Source: a virus. From it: DNA of 64,000 nt. The stretch spans positions 1 through 64,000 of IMG/VR virus record IMGVR_UViG_3300028394_000055; one strand, given 5' to 3'. The translations under genes and the position numbers were made by a program. Shown here piece by piece: positions 19,155-29,409 of the stretch. How positions within the stretch are numbered: position 1 is the stretch's first letter; the number at the start of each line of letters is the position of its first letter. Below the pieces are notes generated by a model. That model saw only the letters and a list, made by a program, of their open reading frames with translations, searched no databases and was not told the origin of the DNA.

Positions 19155-19943
19155 ATGCAAATGATCGATGTAATGAAACGTTTAGCAGAGTTGGATAGTA
19201 AAAATCCTAGCATTGTTAAAGAAAACCAACAAGTAGAAGAATGTGGTATTATGCCTGAAATGGGTATGATGGGCGGCATGCCCGAGCGTCCTCCAATGCC
19301 AGCAAGCATCAATATGACAGCAGGTAGCGGTGATGAACTAAGCGACATGCTAGCAACTATTATGCAACTAGCAGGAAGAAAAGCACCAGGTGCTGAAGAG
19401 CCAATGGGTGCCGAACCGGCAATAGCATTAACTGCTGAACCAGAAATGGGCGGCGGCGATCCTGCATCTGATATGCGTTCCATGATTGATAAATTAAATC
19501 CTATGGATGGCGACGATCAGGGCCCGGACCAGGGAGGCGATGATGTTAGCGTAGCACACGGCGACTTTGACAATGACGGCGATCACGACATGGATGATCA
19601 CAAAGCAGAAAAAGATGAAGAAGAAACAGATGAAGGTCAGTACGATAATAGTCCATCTGATCCACGTAAGCCTCCTCCATTTGGTGCTAATCAGTTTGCA
19701 AATCAAGAAAATCAACCTGGCCAAGGTGATAGAATGGATGGCAATATGCCTAAGGCCACAATGGAACAACAATTGATGGCTGATTATAAAAAGTTTGTAA
19801 ATGAAGGCGAAGGAAAGACCATGAGTCGTGCAGCCAAAGGCAATGAAAAGTATGGTAAAGATGGTATGAAGGCACTGGCCAAATCTGGTAAAGAGGGAAA
19901 AGATCTTGATAAAATAAGAGACAAGTACAACAAGTACGATTAA
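19155..19943 (+). CDS. Acidic low-complexity putative internal head/scaffold protein
   Basis: Asp/Glu/Met-rich; several hydrophobic-x-E segments. Confidence 0.5.
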   Translation: MQMIDVMKRLAELDSKNPSIVKENQQVEECGIMPEMGMMGGMPERPPMPASINMTAGSGDELSDMLATIMQLAGRKAPGAEEPMGAEPAIALTAEPEMGGGDPASDMRSMIDKLNPMDGDDQGPDQGGDDVSVAHGDFDNDGDHDMDDHKAEKDEEETDEGQYDNSPSDPRKPPPFGANQFANQENQPGQGDRMDGNMPKATMEQQLMADYKKFVNEGEGKTMSRAAKGNEKYGKDGMKALAKSGKEGKDLDKIRDKYNKYD

Positions 19944-19961
19944 TAGTTAATAGCAAATCCG

Positions 19962-19989
19962 AATAGCCTCTTCGGAGGCTATTTTTTTT
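19962..19989 (+). terminator. Intrinsic terminator
   Basis: AATAGCCTC-TTCG-GAGGCTATT followed by a T-run. Confidence 0.9.
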
Positions 19990-20003
19990 ATTAAATATGC
20001 TCT

Positions 20004-20885
20004 ATGATACCGTTATATAAAAATAATTATGTTAGAACATCCGGCCACGGCACCTCTTTTACTGTAGAAATAGATCCGCTTTTTTCCAAAGTTGATAATT
20101 TTTATGTTGAAAGTTGTAAAGCGGCTAAAGAATTATACGATCTTAAACAAGGAAAATTTCATATACTTTATAGTGGGGGACTCGATAGCGAGCATTGTTT
20201 AAGTGTTTTTTTATCTTTAGGGATGGATGTAACTCCTGTTATTGTAAAATTAAATTCCGATTATAATTATCACGATATTAAATATGCTTTTGATTTTTGC
20301 AAATCAAAAAATATTAAGCCATTAATTATAGATATTGATTTTGATAAATTTGTAGAATCGGGGCAAATCTTCGATATATGTACAAAAATGAAATCAAGTG
20401 CGTTTGGAAGAGCACCAATAGCGTATGCTGCGGGACTATTAGATGGCACCGTAATTTCAGGAGACGGTGAACCATACGTTAAAAAAAATGAAGAAGATAA
20501 CATTTGGTATCTAACTGAAGAAGAAAATGATTTTTCTATATATAATTATTTTAAATTATATGGTATACATGGCACAACGCATTACAGTAGATTTACTCCA
20601 GAAATGTTTGCAGCCTTTATGATAGATCCAAGAATGGTAGAACTAGCAAATAATCAACATGTAGGAAAATTAAGCACATATTCGAGTAGAACAATTATCT
20701 ACAATAGATACAGTAATTTTGATCTGCAGCCGAGAACTAAGTATACTGGATTTGAAAAAATAATAGGGCACGATAATTTTAAAAATCACCCTGTTCTTGA
20801 AGAAATTGAAAAATTTGGAAAAAGCCATCAAGGAAATTATAAAATAAGTTATCAAGAATTTATGAAGAATTTTTATTTTCCTTAA
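20004..20885 (+). CDS. PP-loop (adenine nucleotide alpha-hydrolase-like) protein
   Basis: ILYSGGLDSE motif. Confidence 0.6.
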   Translation: MIPLYKNNYVRTSGHGTSFTVEIDPLFSKVDNFYVESCKAAKELYDLKQGKFHILYSGGLDSEHCLSVFLSLGMDVTPVIVKLNSDYNYHDIKYAFDFCKSKNIKPLIIDIDFDKFVESGQIFDICTKMKSSAFGRAPIAYAAGLLDGTVISGDGEPYVKKNEEDNIWYLTEEENDFSIYNYFKLYGIHGTTHYSRFTPEMFAAFMIDPRMVELANNQHVGKLSTYSSRTIIYNRYSNFDLQPRTKYTGFEKIIGHDNFKNHPVLEEIEKFGKSHQGNYKISYQEFMKNFYFP

Positions 20886-21702
20886 CCCATTTGCCAAAAT
20901 GAACACAATGATCTTCGTATCGATTCATTGGTTTTATTAATGGAAAATAATTACCTTTTTGCAATTCAGTAGTAGCAACATCTTCTTTAAATACCTGCTC
21001 AAGGGTTTCAAATAGATATCTCCTATCTGGACTTACAGATGGATCGTAATAAAATTGTGTAATCCATTTATAGCCATATTCGCTATTATAGTCGTCTGGA
21101 ATAACTGTATTAACCATTACAGCACCCGAAGCACCGTATTCAACAAATGTAAAAGGAAAAATATATAACCACCATCCACCGGGATGATGTTGTAATATCC
21201 AACCGTCTCCTTGATCTAATTTAATATCTTCTAAATTAATTTGCTGAGATAAAAACGGATGAATTCCGTTTTTGGAAACATGAAGTAAATCGGCTTCGGC
21301 GTCCATTAACCATAACCAACTACCTTTGCTTTCTCCTTGATATGAGTGACTATATACTAGATTTTTTTCTTTTTCTAAGTCATCAACCCATCGGTGATTG
21401 GGCTCTTGAAAATTTTTAAATACCAGTCCAGAACGTCCAACTGTAGCGTTGCCACATTGTAATTTTTTTGGATTATTAATAGGAGTACCATCTGCACTCC
21501 ATTTAAAATTATGAAATTTACAAGTTATATCTGTTACTTGATCACCTGTTGAATGCAATGGATACATCCTGTGAGGACAAAATCTATGAAATAAATTTGC
21601 TGTATTGTTGGTATAATTTAGAATATATTCTGGTAATACAAAATTACTATTCTTAGCAGATGATATATGTGCTAATATTTTTGGAGGATTATTGAATAAC
21701 AT
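20860..21702 (-). CDS. Rieske [2Fe-2S] oxygenase-like protein
   Basis: CPHR...CKFHNFKWSADG Rieske motif; ADLLHV..IHP and ED in a catalytic-type domain. Confidence 0.75.
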   Translation of the reverse strand: MLFNNPPKILAHISSAKNSNFVLPEYILNYTNNTANLFHRFCPHRMYPLHSTGDQVTDITCKFHNFKWSADGTPINNPKKLQCGNATVGRSGLVFKNFQEPNHRWVDDLEKEKNLVYSHSYQGESKGSWLWLMDAEADLLHVSKNGIHPFLSQQINLEDIKLDQGDGWILQHHPGGWWLYIFPFTFVEYGASGAVMVNTVIPDDYNSEYGYKWITQFYYDPSVSPDRRYLFETLEQVFKEDVATTELQKGNYFPLIKPMNRYEDHCVHFGKWVKENKNSS

Positions 21703-21747
21703 AATATATTTATTTTACACTATTAATTAGAAATAGTAAATAAGATT

Positions 21748-23334
21748 ATGGGATCAAAAAACTTAGACGGGCAACTGGTAAAACGAGCCCACGCAACACA
21801 AAAATTTACAGAGCAAGATTTATTAGACCTCGCCTCTTGTCAAGATCCAATTGACGGCCCACACTACTTCTTAGAACATTTTTTCTATATTCAACATCCT
21901 ACTAAAGGTAAGTTATTATACGAACCTTTTGAATACCAAAAAAGATTAATTGATAGTTATCATCAAAATAGATTCAACGTAAATCTACTACCTCGTCAAA
22001 CTGGTAAGACAACTACAGCAGCAGGATATCTACTCTGGTTTGCTATGTTTGTGCCTGATAGTACTATTCTAATTGCAGCACACAAATATACAGGTGCTCA
22101 AGAAATTATGAATCGTATTAGATATGCGTATGAATTATGTCCTGACATGATTCGTGCAGGTGCTACAAGTTATAATAAACAAAGCATTGAATTTGAAAAT
22201 GGATCACGTATTGTTGCACAGACAACCACTGAAACAACCGGTCGTGGTATGTCATTATCATTACTATACGCTGATGAGTTCGCATTCGTTCCGCCTAACG
22301 TAGCCAGTGAATTTTGGACTTCAATATCACCTACGCTAGCAACTGGTGGTAAGGCAATTATTACATCAACTCCTAATAGTGATGAAGATCAATTTGCACA
22401 AATATGGAAAGAAGCCAACTATAAGTTTGACGAGTTTGGTGAAGAACAACGGGTAGGACGTAATGGATTCTTTCCATTTAGAGCATTTTGGCATGAGCAT
22501 CCAGACCGTGATGAAGAATGGGCAGCAACTGAACGTAGCCGTATCGGTGAAGAACGATTTAAACGAGAACACGATTGTGAATTCTTAGTCTATGACGAAA
22601 CACTGGTCAGCAGTATGAAAATGGCTGAGATGGTGGGAGATGAACCTAGTATGCGTATGGGCCAATGTCGTTGGTATAAAAAAATAAATCCAATGAGTAC
22701 CTATATGATAGCATTAGATCCTAGTCTAGGTACGGGCGGAGACCCTGCTGCAATTCAAATAGTTGAAATACCTAGTTTTGAACAAGTAGGTGAGTGGCAG
22801 CATAATTTAACAATTGTACAATCACAAGTCAGAATTCTTAGAGATATTTGTAATTACATTAATGATGAATGTGCAGCAAAAGGTGTACAATCTAGTATCT
22901 ATTACAGCATAGAAAATAATAGTGTAGGTGAAGCGGCACTAGTAGCACTTGAAGAAATAGGTGAAGAAAGTGTGCCGGGATTATTTCTCAGTGAGCCTAT
23001 TAAGAAAGGACATGTACGCCGCTTCCGTAAGGGATTTAACACCACACATTCTAGTAAAATTAATGCTTGTGCCAAGTTAAAATACCTATTAGAAAGTGAT
23101 AGATTACGCATACATTCTAAACCATTTATTAGTGAATTAAAAACTTACATTGCTAAAGGTATGAGTTTTGAAGCCAAAGTAGGGCATCATGATGACCTTG
23201 TTAGCAGTATGTTATTGGCAATACGTATGATATTGGTGCTACAAGAATGGGATCCTGCTATATATGACCGTATGCGTGAGGAAAGAGATGACGAATTTCT
23301 CATGCCCATGCCCATATATATTAGTCAGCATTAA
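21748..23334 (+). CDS. terL: Terminase large subunit (T4 gp17-like)
   Basis: YQK Q-motif, PRQTGKTT Walker A, LYADEFAF Walker B, ITSTPN, DPSLG.G.D, HDDLV nuclease motifs. Confidence 0.95.
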   Translation: MGSKNLDGQLVKRAHATQKFTEQDLLDLASCQDPIDGPHYFLEHFFYIQHPTKGKLLYEPFEYQKRLIDSYHQNRFNVNLLPRQTGKTTTAAGYLLWFAMFVPDSTILIAAHKYTGAQEIMNRIRYAYELCPDMIRAGATSYNKQSIEFENGSRIVAQTTTETTGRGMSLSLLYADEFAFVPPNVASEFWTSISPTLATGGKAIITSTPNSDEDQFAQIWKEANYKFDEFGEEQRVGRNGFFPFRAFWHEHPDRDEEWAATERSRIGEERFKREHDCEFLVYDETLVSSMKMAEMVGDEPSMRMGQCRWYKKINPMSTYMIALDPSLGTGGDPAAIQIVEIPSFEQVGEWQHNLTIVQSQVRILRDICNYINDECAAKGVQSSIYYSIENNSVGEAALVALEEIGEESVPGLFLSEPIKKGHVRRFRKGFNTTHSSKINACAKLKYLLESDRLRIHSKPFISELKTYIAKGMSFEAKVGHHDDLVSSMLLAIRMILVLQEWDPAIYDRMREERDDEFLMPMPIYISQH

Positions 23335-23346
23335 ATAAATAACAAT

Positions 23347-26217
23347 ATGAAACCTATACAAATTATCAGCCAAGACCTTTTTGACAAAGTACGCAGTCGT
23401 TTTACCAATTTAGAAATGGGTGACGAAACTGGTGCAGTTACCATTGACCCAGCACAAGCACGTTTCTTTGATTTTGACTTTGTTAATGAAGGTGTTAATC
23501 TTGGTCGTGTTAGCATCAGTTTAAACGATCTCGGCAGTTTAAAAATCTATTACAGCCAAGGTATTACAGAAAATCAAGACGATGTTGCTACACAAATGTG
23601 GTTTAATTTCCTTAAAGAAATGAGACTATTTTCTATGCGTAGATTGCTGAGATTTGACACAAGAGACATTGCTAAGAATAATTTAGATAAGAACGATTTT
23701 CAACATTTGGCCGCAACACAAGGCCCTAAGGAAGAACCAGATATGAATACTATGAACGAAAATAAAAAAACTAAAAACAATAGACAAGCAGGCACTATTA
23801 ATGAAAATGATCCTTTAAACAAATTTCGTCAGCGTGTTCAAAGTCAAGGTTTTACTGATAGCCCAGAAGAAAGAAATGCTGATCGTTTAGAACGCAAACG
23901 CCGTCATAATGAGAAATTAGATAAAATGCACGCCGACTTTATGAATCGTGGTAGCCTTGGCGGCGGACCACTTAGCGGCCCTAGCGACCTTGACAAAGCC
24001 CATACTCAACACGAAATTGATGTTTTAGCATATAGACTTGAGCGAATGAAACGAGATGACGACCAATATGATACAACTGCTGACATGTTAAGAGATCGTA
24101 TCAACAGAATGCAATATGCAAATCAAAGAGATGTCGATCCTGAACAATTAGCAGCCATTTCTAATATCAAATACGAACCTAGAAAGAAAACTGAAGGAAG
24201 CGGCCAAGCCAAGACTGATGACAAGTTATTGGCATACTATGCAAAACTCAAAGCAGAAAAAGAAAAACAAAAACAACAAGGTGCTGCGGCCGACGATAAT
24301 AAAATGAACGAATCACGTTGGAACCACAAGAGTTCCAGCAAAACCAGCCGTGCTGTACAAGGCAAAACAGAAGTTATTGTACGTCACGCAAAAGCAGTAG
24401 AAGAAACATATCCAGGCGCACGTAGCCAAAGCAAAAACATCAAGGCAATCTTTATACAAAACCACGATGGCGAACGTTTCAAGTATCCATTTATACATAC
24501 AGCAGGTGCGTTTGCAATGGCACAACACGTAGATCATGGTGGTGTTCCACATGATCCAGCAGGCAAAGCAATTATTAAAATGAGTGAGAATATTGCGAAG
24601 TTAGGCGAATTCCAACGACATATACAACGTAGTTCCTTGCACGCCGATGCACATGGGATTGCGGAACGAGCCATAGGCCACATGAACGAACTTAAAGCAC
24701 GAGTAGCAGCACTTGGAAAACGTCACCACTATCAAGCATGGAGAGAAGATTTTGAAATGGCAAGTCAAGGCGGCGGAGCACCAGAAGAAATGGTCCTTGA
24801 CGCAGTAACATTAGAAGATTATAAAAGTAAATTTACAGAAATAAATTTCCAAGAAGAACTAACTAGTTTCTTCCCACTACTACACAGCATCATGAGTGAG
24901 ACTAACGCAGTTGATCTTGAAGAATATGTTGGAGAAGCAGCAGCACCTTGGGAAGATGAAGATAAAGAAGATGATAAAAAAGACGAACCTACAAATACCA
25001 AAGGCTCAGATGGTGCAGAGCACGGCGGTCATTCTAGAGCAAGACATTTAGCAAGACAGGCAATTCCAAAAGAAAAATCAGCAGCAGAAAGTATTGATAC
25101 ATTTGAAGAATGGGCAGAAGCAACAGAACAAGGCAAACTTACAGACGATCAAATAATGGAATTAAAACAGGCATTAAGTGATTTACAAGCATCAGGCAAT
25201 CCTTTACAATTAGGTCCAGACGGACAAACAGCAATACAATTTTTTAGTGAGTTAGGTTTAGATGACGCCGATCTTAAAGATAAATTAGAAGCAGCAACTC
25301 AATTAGATCCATCAGGCGACGGTATTGAAATTATGAAATTATGGGCTCAAGAAAGTTATCCAGAATTATTAGTAGCATTGGGCATGAGTGGTACTGGTGA
25401 AGAGCCTCCACCCGAGGCAGCACCTCCTGCACCTGAGGCGGGCGCTGCACCTGCACCGGCAGCACCTCCTGCACCTGAAGTTCCAGTAGCAGAAGGTAAG
25501 AGCAGTATGGTTCAAGAAGTAGCCAAGATTGTTAAGAGTTTTTACAATCAATCCAACGAAAGCGTTGGTCCATTCCGTGCTCCAGAGAACATTGCATTGG
25601 ATTGCAAAAAACAAGTTACTGAAAAGTTCGGAGAAAAAGCAGGCGAACAAGCATACGAAATGGCAGAGGCATTTATTAATAAACTAACACAAGAATGGCA
25701 CCAAAAACATGGCAGTATAAAACACAAACCAGTAGACCAAGGTGATGGTTTAAGTGTTGATGGTTTGAAAGAAATCTTAGGCAGAATTAAACAAAAGGTG
25801 GAAGGCATTGGACAACCTGAAATGGAAGAAAAAGATGATTGGCATCCATCAAAACATGTAACCGATCCACAAAAACAAAAAGAACTTGAACCGCATAATA
25901 AGAATGTGCATCGCGACAGTTATGCTGACCGCGCAGCATATTTAGATGCTGCTGGTGTTAAACGTGACCAAGAACAACATGAAGACGGTCCAAAGGCAAG
26001 TGAAGTACCAGCATGGAAACGTAAAGAGCAAGGTAAGGCACCATTGACTACTCAAGACTTAGAAAAAGAACGCGACCAAAGTAGAACAACTCAGAAAGGT
26101 TTAGATGCCCACGCAGACAAAATGGGCGTAGGTCAGAAGCATCAACATGAAAGTGCTGAATTAGCAAGTATTAGAAAATTAGCCGGTCTTGGTGAGGGTT
26201 CTGGTCCTAAAGTTTGA
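23347..26217 (+). CDS. Large putative head-associated protein with modular insertions
   Basis: 956-aa ORF after terL with TAAATA upstream; acidic and Pro-Ala segments; ends ESAELASIRKLAGL. Confidence 0.6.
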   Translation: MKPIQIISQDLFDKVRSRFTNLEMGDETGAVTIDPAQARFFDFDFVNEGVNLGRVSISLNDLGSLKIYYSQGITENQDDVATQMWFNFLKEMRLFSMRRLLRFDTRDIAKNNLDKNDFQHLAATQGPKEEPDMNTMNENKKTKNNRQAGTINENDPLNKFRQRVQSQGFTDSPEERNADRLERKRRHNEKLDKMHADFMNRGSLGGGPLSGPSDLDKAHTQHEIDVLAYRLERMKRDDDQYDTTADMLRDRINRMQYANQRDVDPEQLAAISNIKYEPRKKTEGSGQAKTDDKLLAYYAKLKAEKEKQKQQGAAADDNKMNESRWNHKSSSKTSRAVQGKTEVIVRHAKAVEETYPGARSQSKNIKAIFIQNHDGERFKYPFIHTAGAFAMAQHVDHGGVPHDPAGKAIIKMSENIAKLGEFQRHIQRSSLHADAHGIAERAIGHMNELKARVAALGKRHHYQAWREDFEMASQGGGAPEEMVLDAVTLEDYKSKFTEINFQEELTSFFPLLHSIMSETNAVDLEEYVGEAAAPWEDEDKEDDKKDEPTNTKGSDGAEHGGHSRARHLARQAIPKEKSAAESIDTFEEWAEATEQGKLTDDQIMELKQALSDLQASGNPLQLGPDGQTAIQFFSELGLDDADLKDKLEAATQLDPSGDGIEIMKLWAQESYPELLVALGMSGTGEEPPPEAAPPAPEAGAAPAPAAPPAPEVPVAEGKSSMVQEVAKIVKSFYNQSNESVGPFRAPENIALDCKKQVTEKFGEKAGEQAYEMAEAFINKLTQEWHQKHGSIKHKPVDQGDGLSVDGLKEILGRIKQKVEGIGQPEMEEKDDWHPSKHVTDPQKQKELEPHNKNVHRDSYADRAAYLDAAGVKRDQEQHEDGPKASEVPAWKRKEQGKAPLTTQDLEKERDQSRTTQKGLDAHADKMGVGQKHQHESAELASIRKLAGLGEGSGPKV

Positions 26218-26942
26218 TGTTTAATATATTACGTTCAGTCCCTGAGCAAGATAAGATAGGCAAGGTTGAGTTCTACGGTTGGGATAGCCTTGAAAATTTT
26301 GAAAATAATCGAATTAAACAATCCATATACTGGACTTATCATACTAAGGAAATACAGTATACACTTAACAGCCACGGGTATCGTGCGGCTGAGTTTAACT
26401 CTATAGATTGGGCTAACAGCATATTAGTGTTTGGCTGTAGTTTTATTTTTGGGGTTGGAGTAGATGATATTGACACATTACCATCCCGCCTTAATAGCCT
26501 TGTAGATTATCCTGTAGTCAATATGGGTATTGCTGGTGGCAGTGCCATGCACATGTGGGCCTTGACTACCCAACTAGTTGATCACAACATAACACCCAAA
26601 GCCTGCGTGTATATATGGCCAGGCCTTAGCAGGGTAGCCTGCTTTGAAGCGAATAACTTGCACAGATGCTGGGGCCCTTGGACTACACCTGACACGGGTA
26701 ATTTGGGCCCTTGGAATTATGAGCATCACGGTAACGCCTACTTCAATTTAACCAAGGCCAGCGTCATGCAACAGTGGCCTAATGTACAACAGCAGCATTG
26801 GACTTGGAATGATTACACTTATAAGATTGGGGGTAAATTCACAGGCCCGTTACTAACCTGTTATGATAAGGGGCGTGATTTAACACACCCTGGGCCTGTT
26901 AGTTTAGATAACTGGGCTCATTTAATATATGAAAAATTATAA
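26217..26942 (+). CDS. SGNH-like hypothetical protein
   Basis: NSHGYR, FGCSFIFGVG, NMGIAGGS, D.THPG motifs. Confidence 0.6.
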   Translation: MFNILRSVPEQDKIGKVEFYGWDSLENFENNRIKQSIYWTYHTKEIQYTLNSHGYRAAEFNSIDWANSILVFGCSFIFGVGVDDIDTLPSRLNSLVDYPVVNMGIAGGSAMHMWALTTQLVDHNITPKACVYIWPGLSRVACFEANNLHRCWGPWTTPDTGNLGPWNYEHHGNAYFNLTKASVMQQWPNVQQQHWTWNDYTYKIGGKFTGPLLTCYDKGRDLTHPGPVSLDNWAHLIYEKL

Positions 26943-26988
26943 GATTATACAAGATAACAGAATTGGCAAAAATAAGCAGCCATCGAGG

Positions 26989-27070
26989 TTGCGATGATAA
27001 ATAAAACTGTGTATAGTTAATGCTATGCACAGTTTTTCTTTTAGTCAGTTGGCTTTAAGAAAGCGGCATG
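26989..27070 (+). promoter_or_regulatory. SSB promoter and structured leader
   Basis: TTGCGA-17-TATAGT with TAAATA in the spacer; stem AAACTGTGTATAG/CTATGCACAGTTT. Confidence 0.5.
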
Positions 27071-27095
27071 ATACATTTTATAAAGGCAAAACATT

Positions 27096-28091
27096 ATGGC
27101 AACATTAGCAGAAATTAGAGCAAAACTTCAAGCAAGTTCTCAACAAAACACCGGTGGCTCAGCAGGTGGAGACAACGCAATTTACCCCCATTGGAATATG
27201 CCAGAAGGTTCAACTACCACAGTTCGATTCCTACCTGACCAAGATCCAAACAACACATTCTTCTGGATTGAACGTGCAATGATCAAATTGCCCTTCGCTG
27301 GAATTAAAGGTGAAACAAATAGCAAACCTGTTACTGTACAAGTTCCTTGTATGGAAATGTGGGGCGAAACATGTCCAGTATTGACAGAAGTCCGTCCATG
27401 GTTCAAAGACAAGTCTTTGGAAGATATGGGTCGTAAGTACTGGAAAAAGAAATCTTACTTGTTCCAAGGGTTTGTCGGTGACAGCAAACTACAAGAAGAT
27501 GGAAAATTACCTGAGAATCCAATCCGTCGTTTCATTATCGGATCACAAATTTTTAACATTGTTAAGAATGCGTTGATGGATGCTGAGATCGAAGAATTGC
27601 CAACTGACTATGTTCGTGGCTTGGATTTCAAGATTGCTAAAACTAGCAAAGGTGGATACGCTGACTATTCTACATCAACTTGGGCTCGTCGCGAACGTGC
27701 TCTTGCTGAGGCAGAACAAGCAGCAATTAAACAATATGGTTTATTTGATTTGAAATCGTATTTGCCTAAGAAGCCAGGTGAAGTTGAACTCAAGGTTATC
27801 GCAGAAATGTTTGCAGCATCAGTTGATGGTGAAGCATATGATGGCGATCGTTGGGGTCAATACTTCAAACCAGCAGGCTTTGGTGGTAGTGGTTCGGCAA
27901 CTGGTAGCGCCAGTACAGCAGCGCCAAAAGCAGCACCAGCAGCAAAAATTGAGGAAGATGACATCCCTTTTGAACCTGCGGCAGCAACACCCGCTAAAGT
28001 GGTTGCAGAAGAAGCACCAAAGAACGAAGCAGGATCACGTGCAGCAGATATTATTGCAATGATTCGTAATCGTAACGCAGCCACAAACTAA
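27096..28091 (+). CDS. Single-stranded DNA-binding protein (T4 gp32-like)
   Basis: VRFLPD, C.E..GETCPV, G.DF.I.K...GGYADYSTS.W; DDIPF acidic tail. Confidence 0.9.
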   Translation: MATLAEIRAKLQASSQQNTGGSAGGDNAIYPHWNMPEGSTTTVRFLPDQDPNNTFFWIERAMIKLPFAGIKGETNSKPVTVQVPCMEMWGETCPVLTEVRPWFKDKSLEDMGRKYWKKKSYLFQGFVGDSKLQEDGKLPENPIRRFIIGSQIFNIVKNALMDAEIEELPTDYVRGLDFKIAKTSKGGYADYSTSTWARRERALAEAEQAAIKQYGLFDLKSYLPKKPGEVELKVIAEMFAASVDGEAYDGDRWGQYFKPAGFGGSGSATGSASTAAPKAAPAAKIEEDDIPFEPAAATPAKVVAEEAPKNEAGSRAADIIAMIRNRNAATN

Positions 28092-28101
28092 GGAGTAACA
28101 A

Positions 28102-29160
28102 ATGGGAAAAGCATTTGATATTTCTAAGTTTAGAAAGTCAATTACTAAGTCCATTGATGGTCTTGGTATTGGCTTTAATGATCCAACTGATTGGATCTCA
28201 ACTGGTAACTATGCTCTTAACTATCTTATCTCTGGGGACTTCTTTAGGGGAGTCCCCCTTGGTAAAGTTACAGTATTTGCCGGTGAAAGTGGTGCTGGAA
28301 AGAGTTATATTTGCTCTGGAAACATTATCCGTCACGCACAAGAACAAGGCATTTTTGTTATCTTAGTTGATAGCGAAAACGCTCTTGATGAAAAGTGGTT
28401 GTTGGATTTAGGTGTTAATACCAGTGAAGATAAACTGCTTAAACTCAATATGGCTATGATTGATGATGTGGCAAAAACCATATCGGAATTCATGAAAGAA
28501 TATAAATTAATGCCTGAAGAAAGTCGTCCTAAGATTTTGTTTGTCATTGATAGTTTAGGTATGTTGCTTACTCCAACTGATGTAAATCAGTTTGAAGCAG
28601 GTGAAATGAAAGGTGACATGGGTCGTAAGCCTAAAGCACTTACATCACTTGTTCGTAACTGTGTTAATATGTTTGGCTCGTGGAATGTTGGTATGGTTTG
28701 TACAAATCACACATACGCAAGTCAGGACATGTTTGATCCAGATGATAAAATTTCAGGTGGTCAAGGCTTCATCTACGCTAGTTCTATTGTAGTTGCTATG
28801 CGTAAATTGAAACTAAAAACCGACGAAGATGGTAATAAAACTACCACCGTAAATGGTATTCGTTCAGCCTGTAAGATTATGAAAACCCGCTATTCTAAAC
28901 CTTTTGAATCAGTACAAGTTGAGATTCCATACTCAACAGGTATGAGTCCATTTAGTGGTTTAGTTGATTTGTTTGAAGCCAAAGGTAAGTTAAAGAAAGA
29001 AGGCAATAGTCTTGTTTATACAACCAAGGATGGCGAGATCATCAAGCAATTCCGCAAAGCATGGAATAGTAATGACAAAGACGGTTTAACCGTAATTATG
29101 GCTGAGTGGGATGATAGTATTATTATGCCTGTAGAGGCAGTGGAAACAGAGGAAGCATAA
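28102..29160 (+). CDS. uvsX: RecA-like recombinase UvsX
   Basis: GESGAGKS Walker A, DSENA, IDSLG, NHTY, SGG. Confidence 0.92.
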   Translation: MGKAFDISKFRKSITKSIDGLGIGFNDPTDWISTGNYALNYLISGDFFRGVPLGKVTVFAGESGAGKSYICSGNIIRHAQEQGIFVILVDSENALDEKWLLDLGVNTSEDKLLKLNMAMIDDVAKTISEFMKEYKLMPEESRPKILFVIDSLGMLLTPTDVNQFEAGEMKGDMGRKPKALTSLVRNCVNMFGSWNVGMVCTNHTYASQDMFDPDDKISGGQGFIYASSIVVAMRKLKLKTDEDGNKTTTVNGIRSACKIMKTRYSKPFESVQVEIPYSTGMSPFSGLVDLFEAKGKLKKEGNSLVYTTKDGEIIKQFRKAWNSNDKDGLTVIMAEWDDSIIMPVEAVETEEA

Positions 29161-29161
29161 T

Positions 29162-29407
29162 ATGGAAGAAGATCAAATTATCGGTGTATGGGACACTTTT
29201 AAGGACTATATCCCCGAGAAAAATCGTGAAACAGCAGCAACACATTTTGTAGATTTTCTAATTGCACAAGATGTAGAGTTGTCAGTTCTTGAGTCAGTTA
29301 TGGGTTTTGATTCACATCTTGATTCTGCAATACAACTTATTGTAGATGAATTCAATGAAGAAAATCAGATAGACGAAGACGATATTTACGACGAAGACGA
29401 GGAGTAA
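29162..29407 (+). CDS. Small acidic hypothetical protein
   Basis: 81-aa ORF between uvsX and the uvsY-like gene. Confidence 0.65.
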   Translation: MEEDQIIGVWDTFKDYIPEKNRETAATHFVDFLIAQDVELSVLESVMGFDSHLDSAIQLIVDEFNEENQIDEDDIYDEDEE

Positions 29408-29409
29408 TT

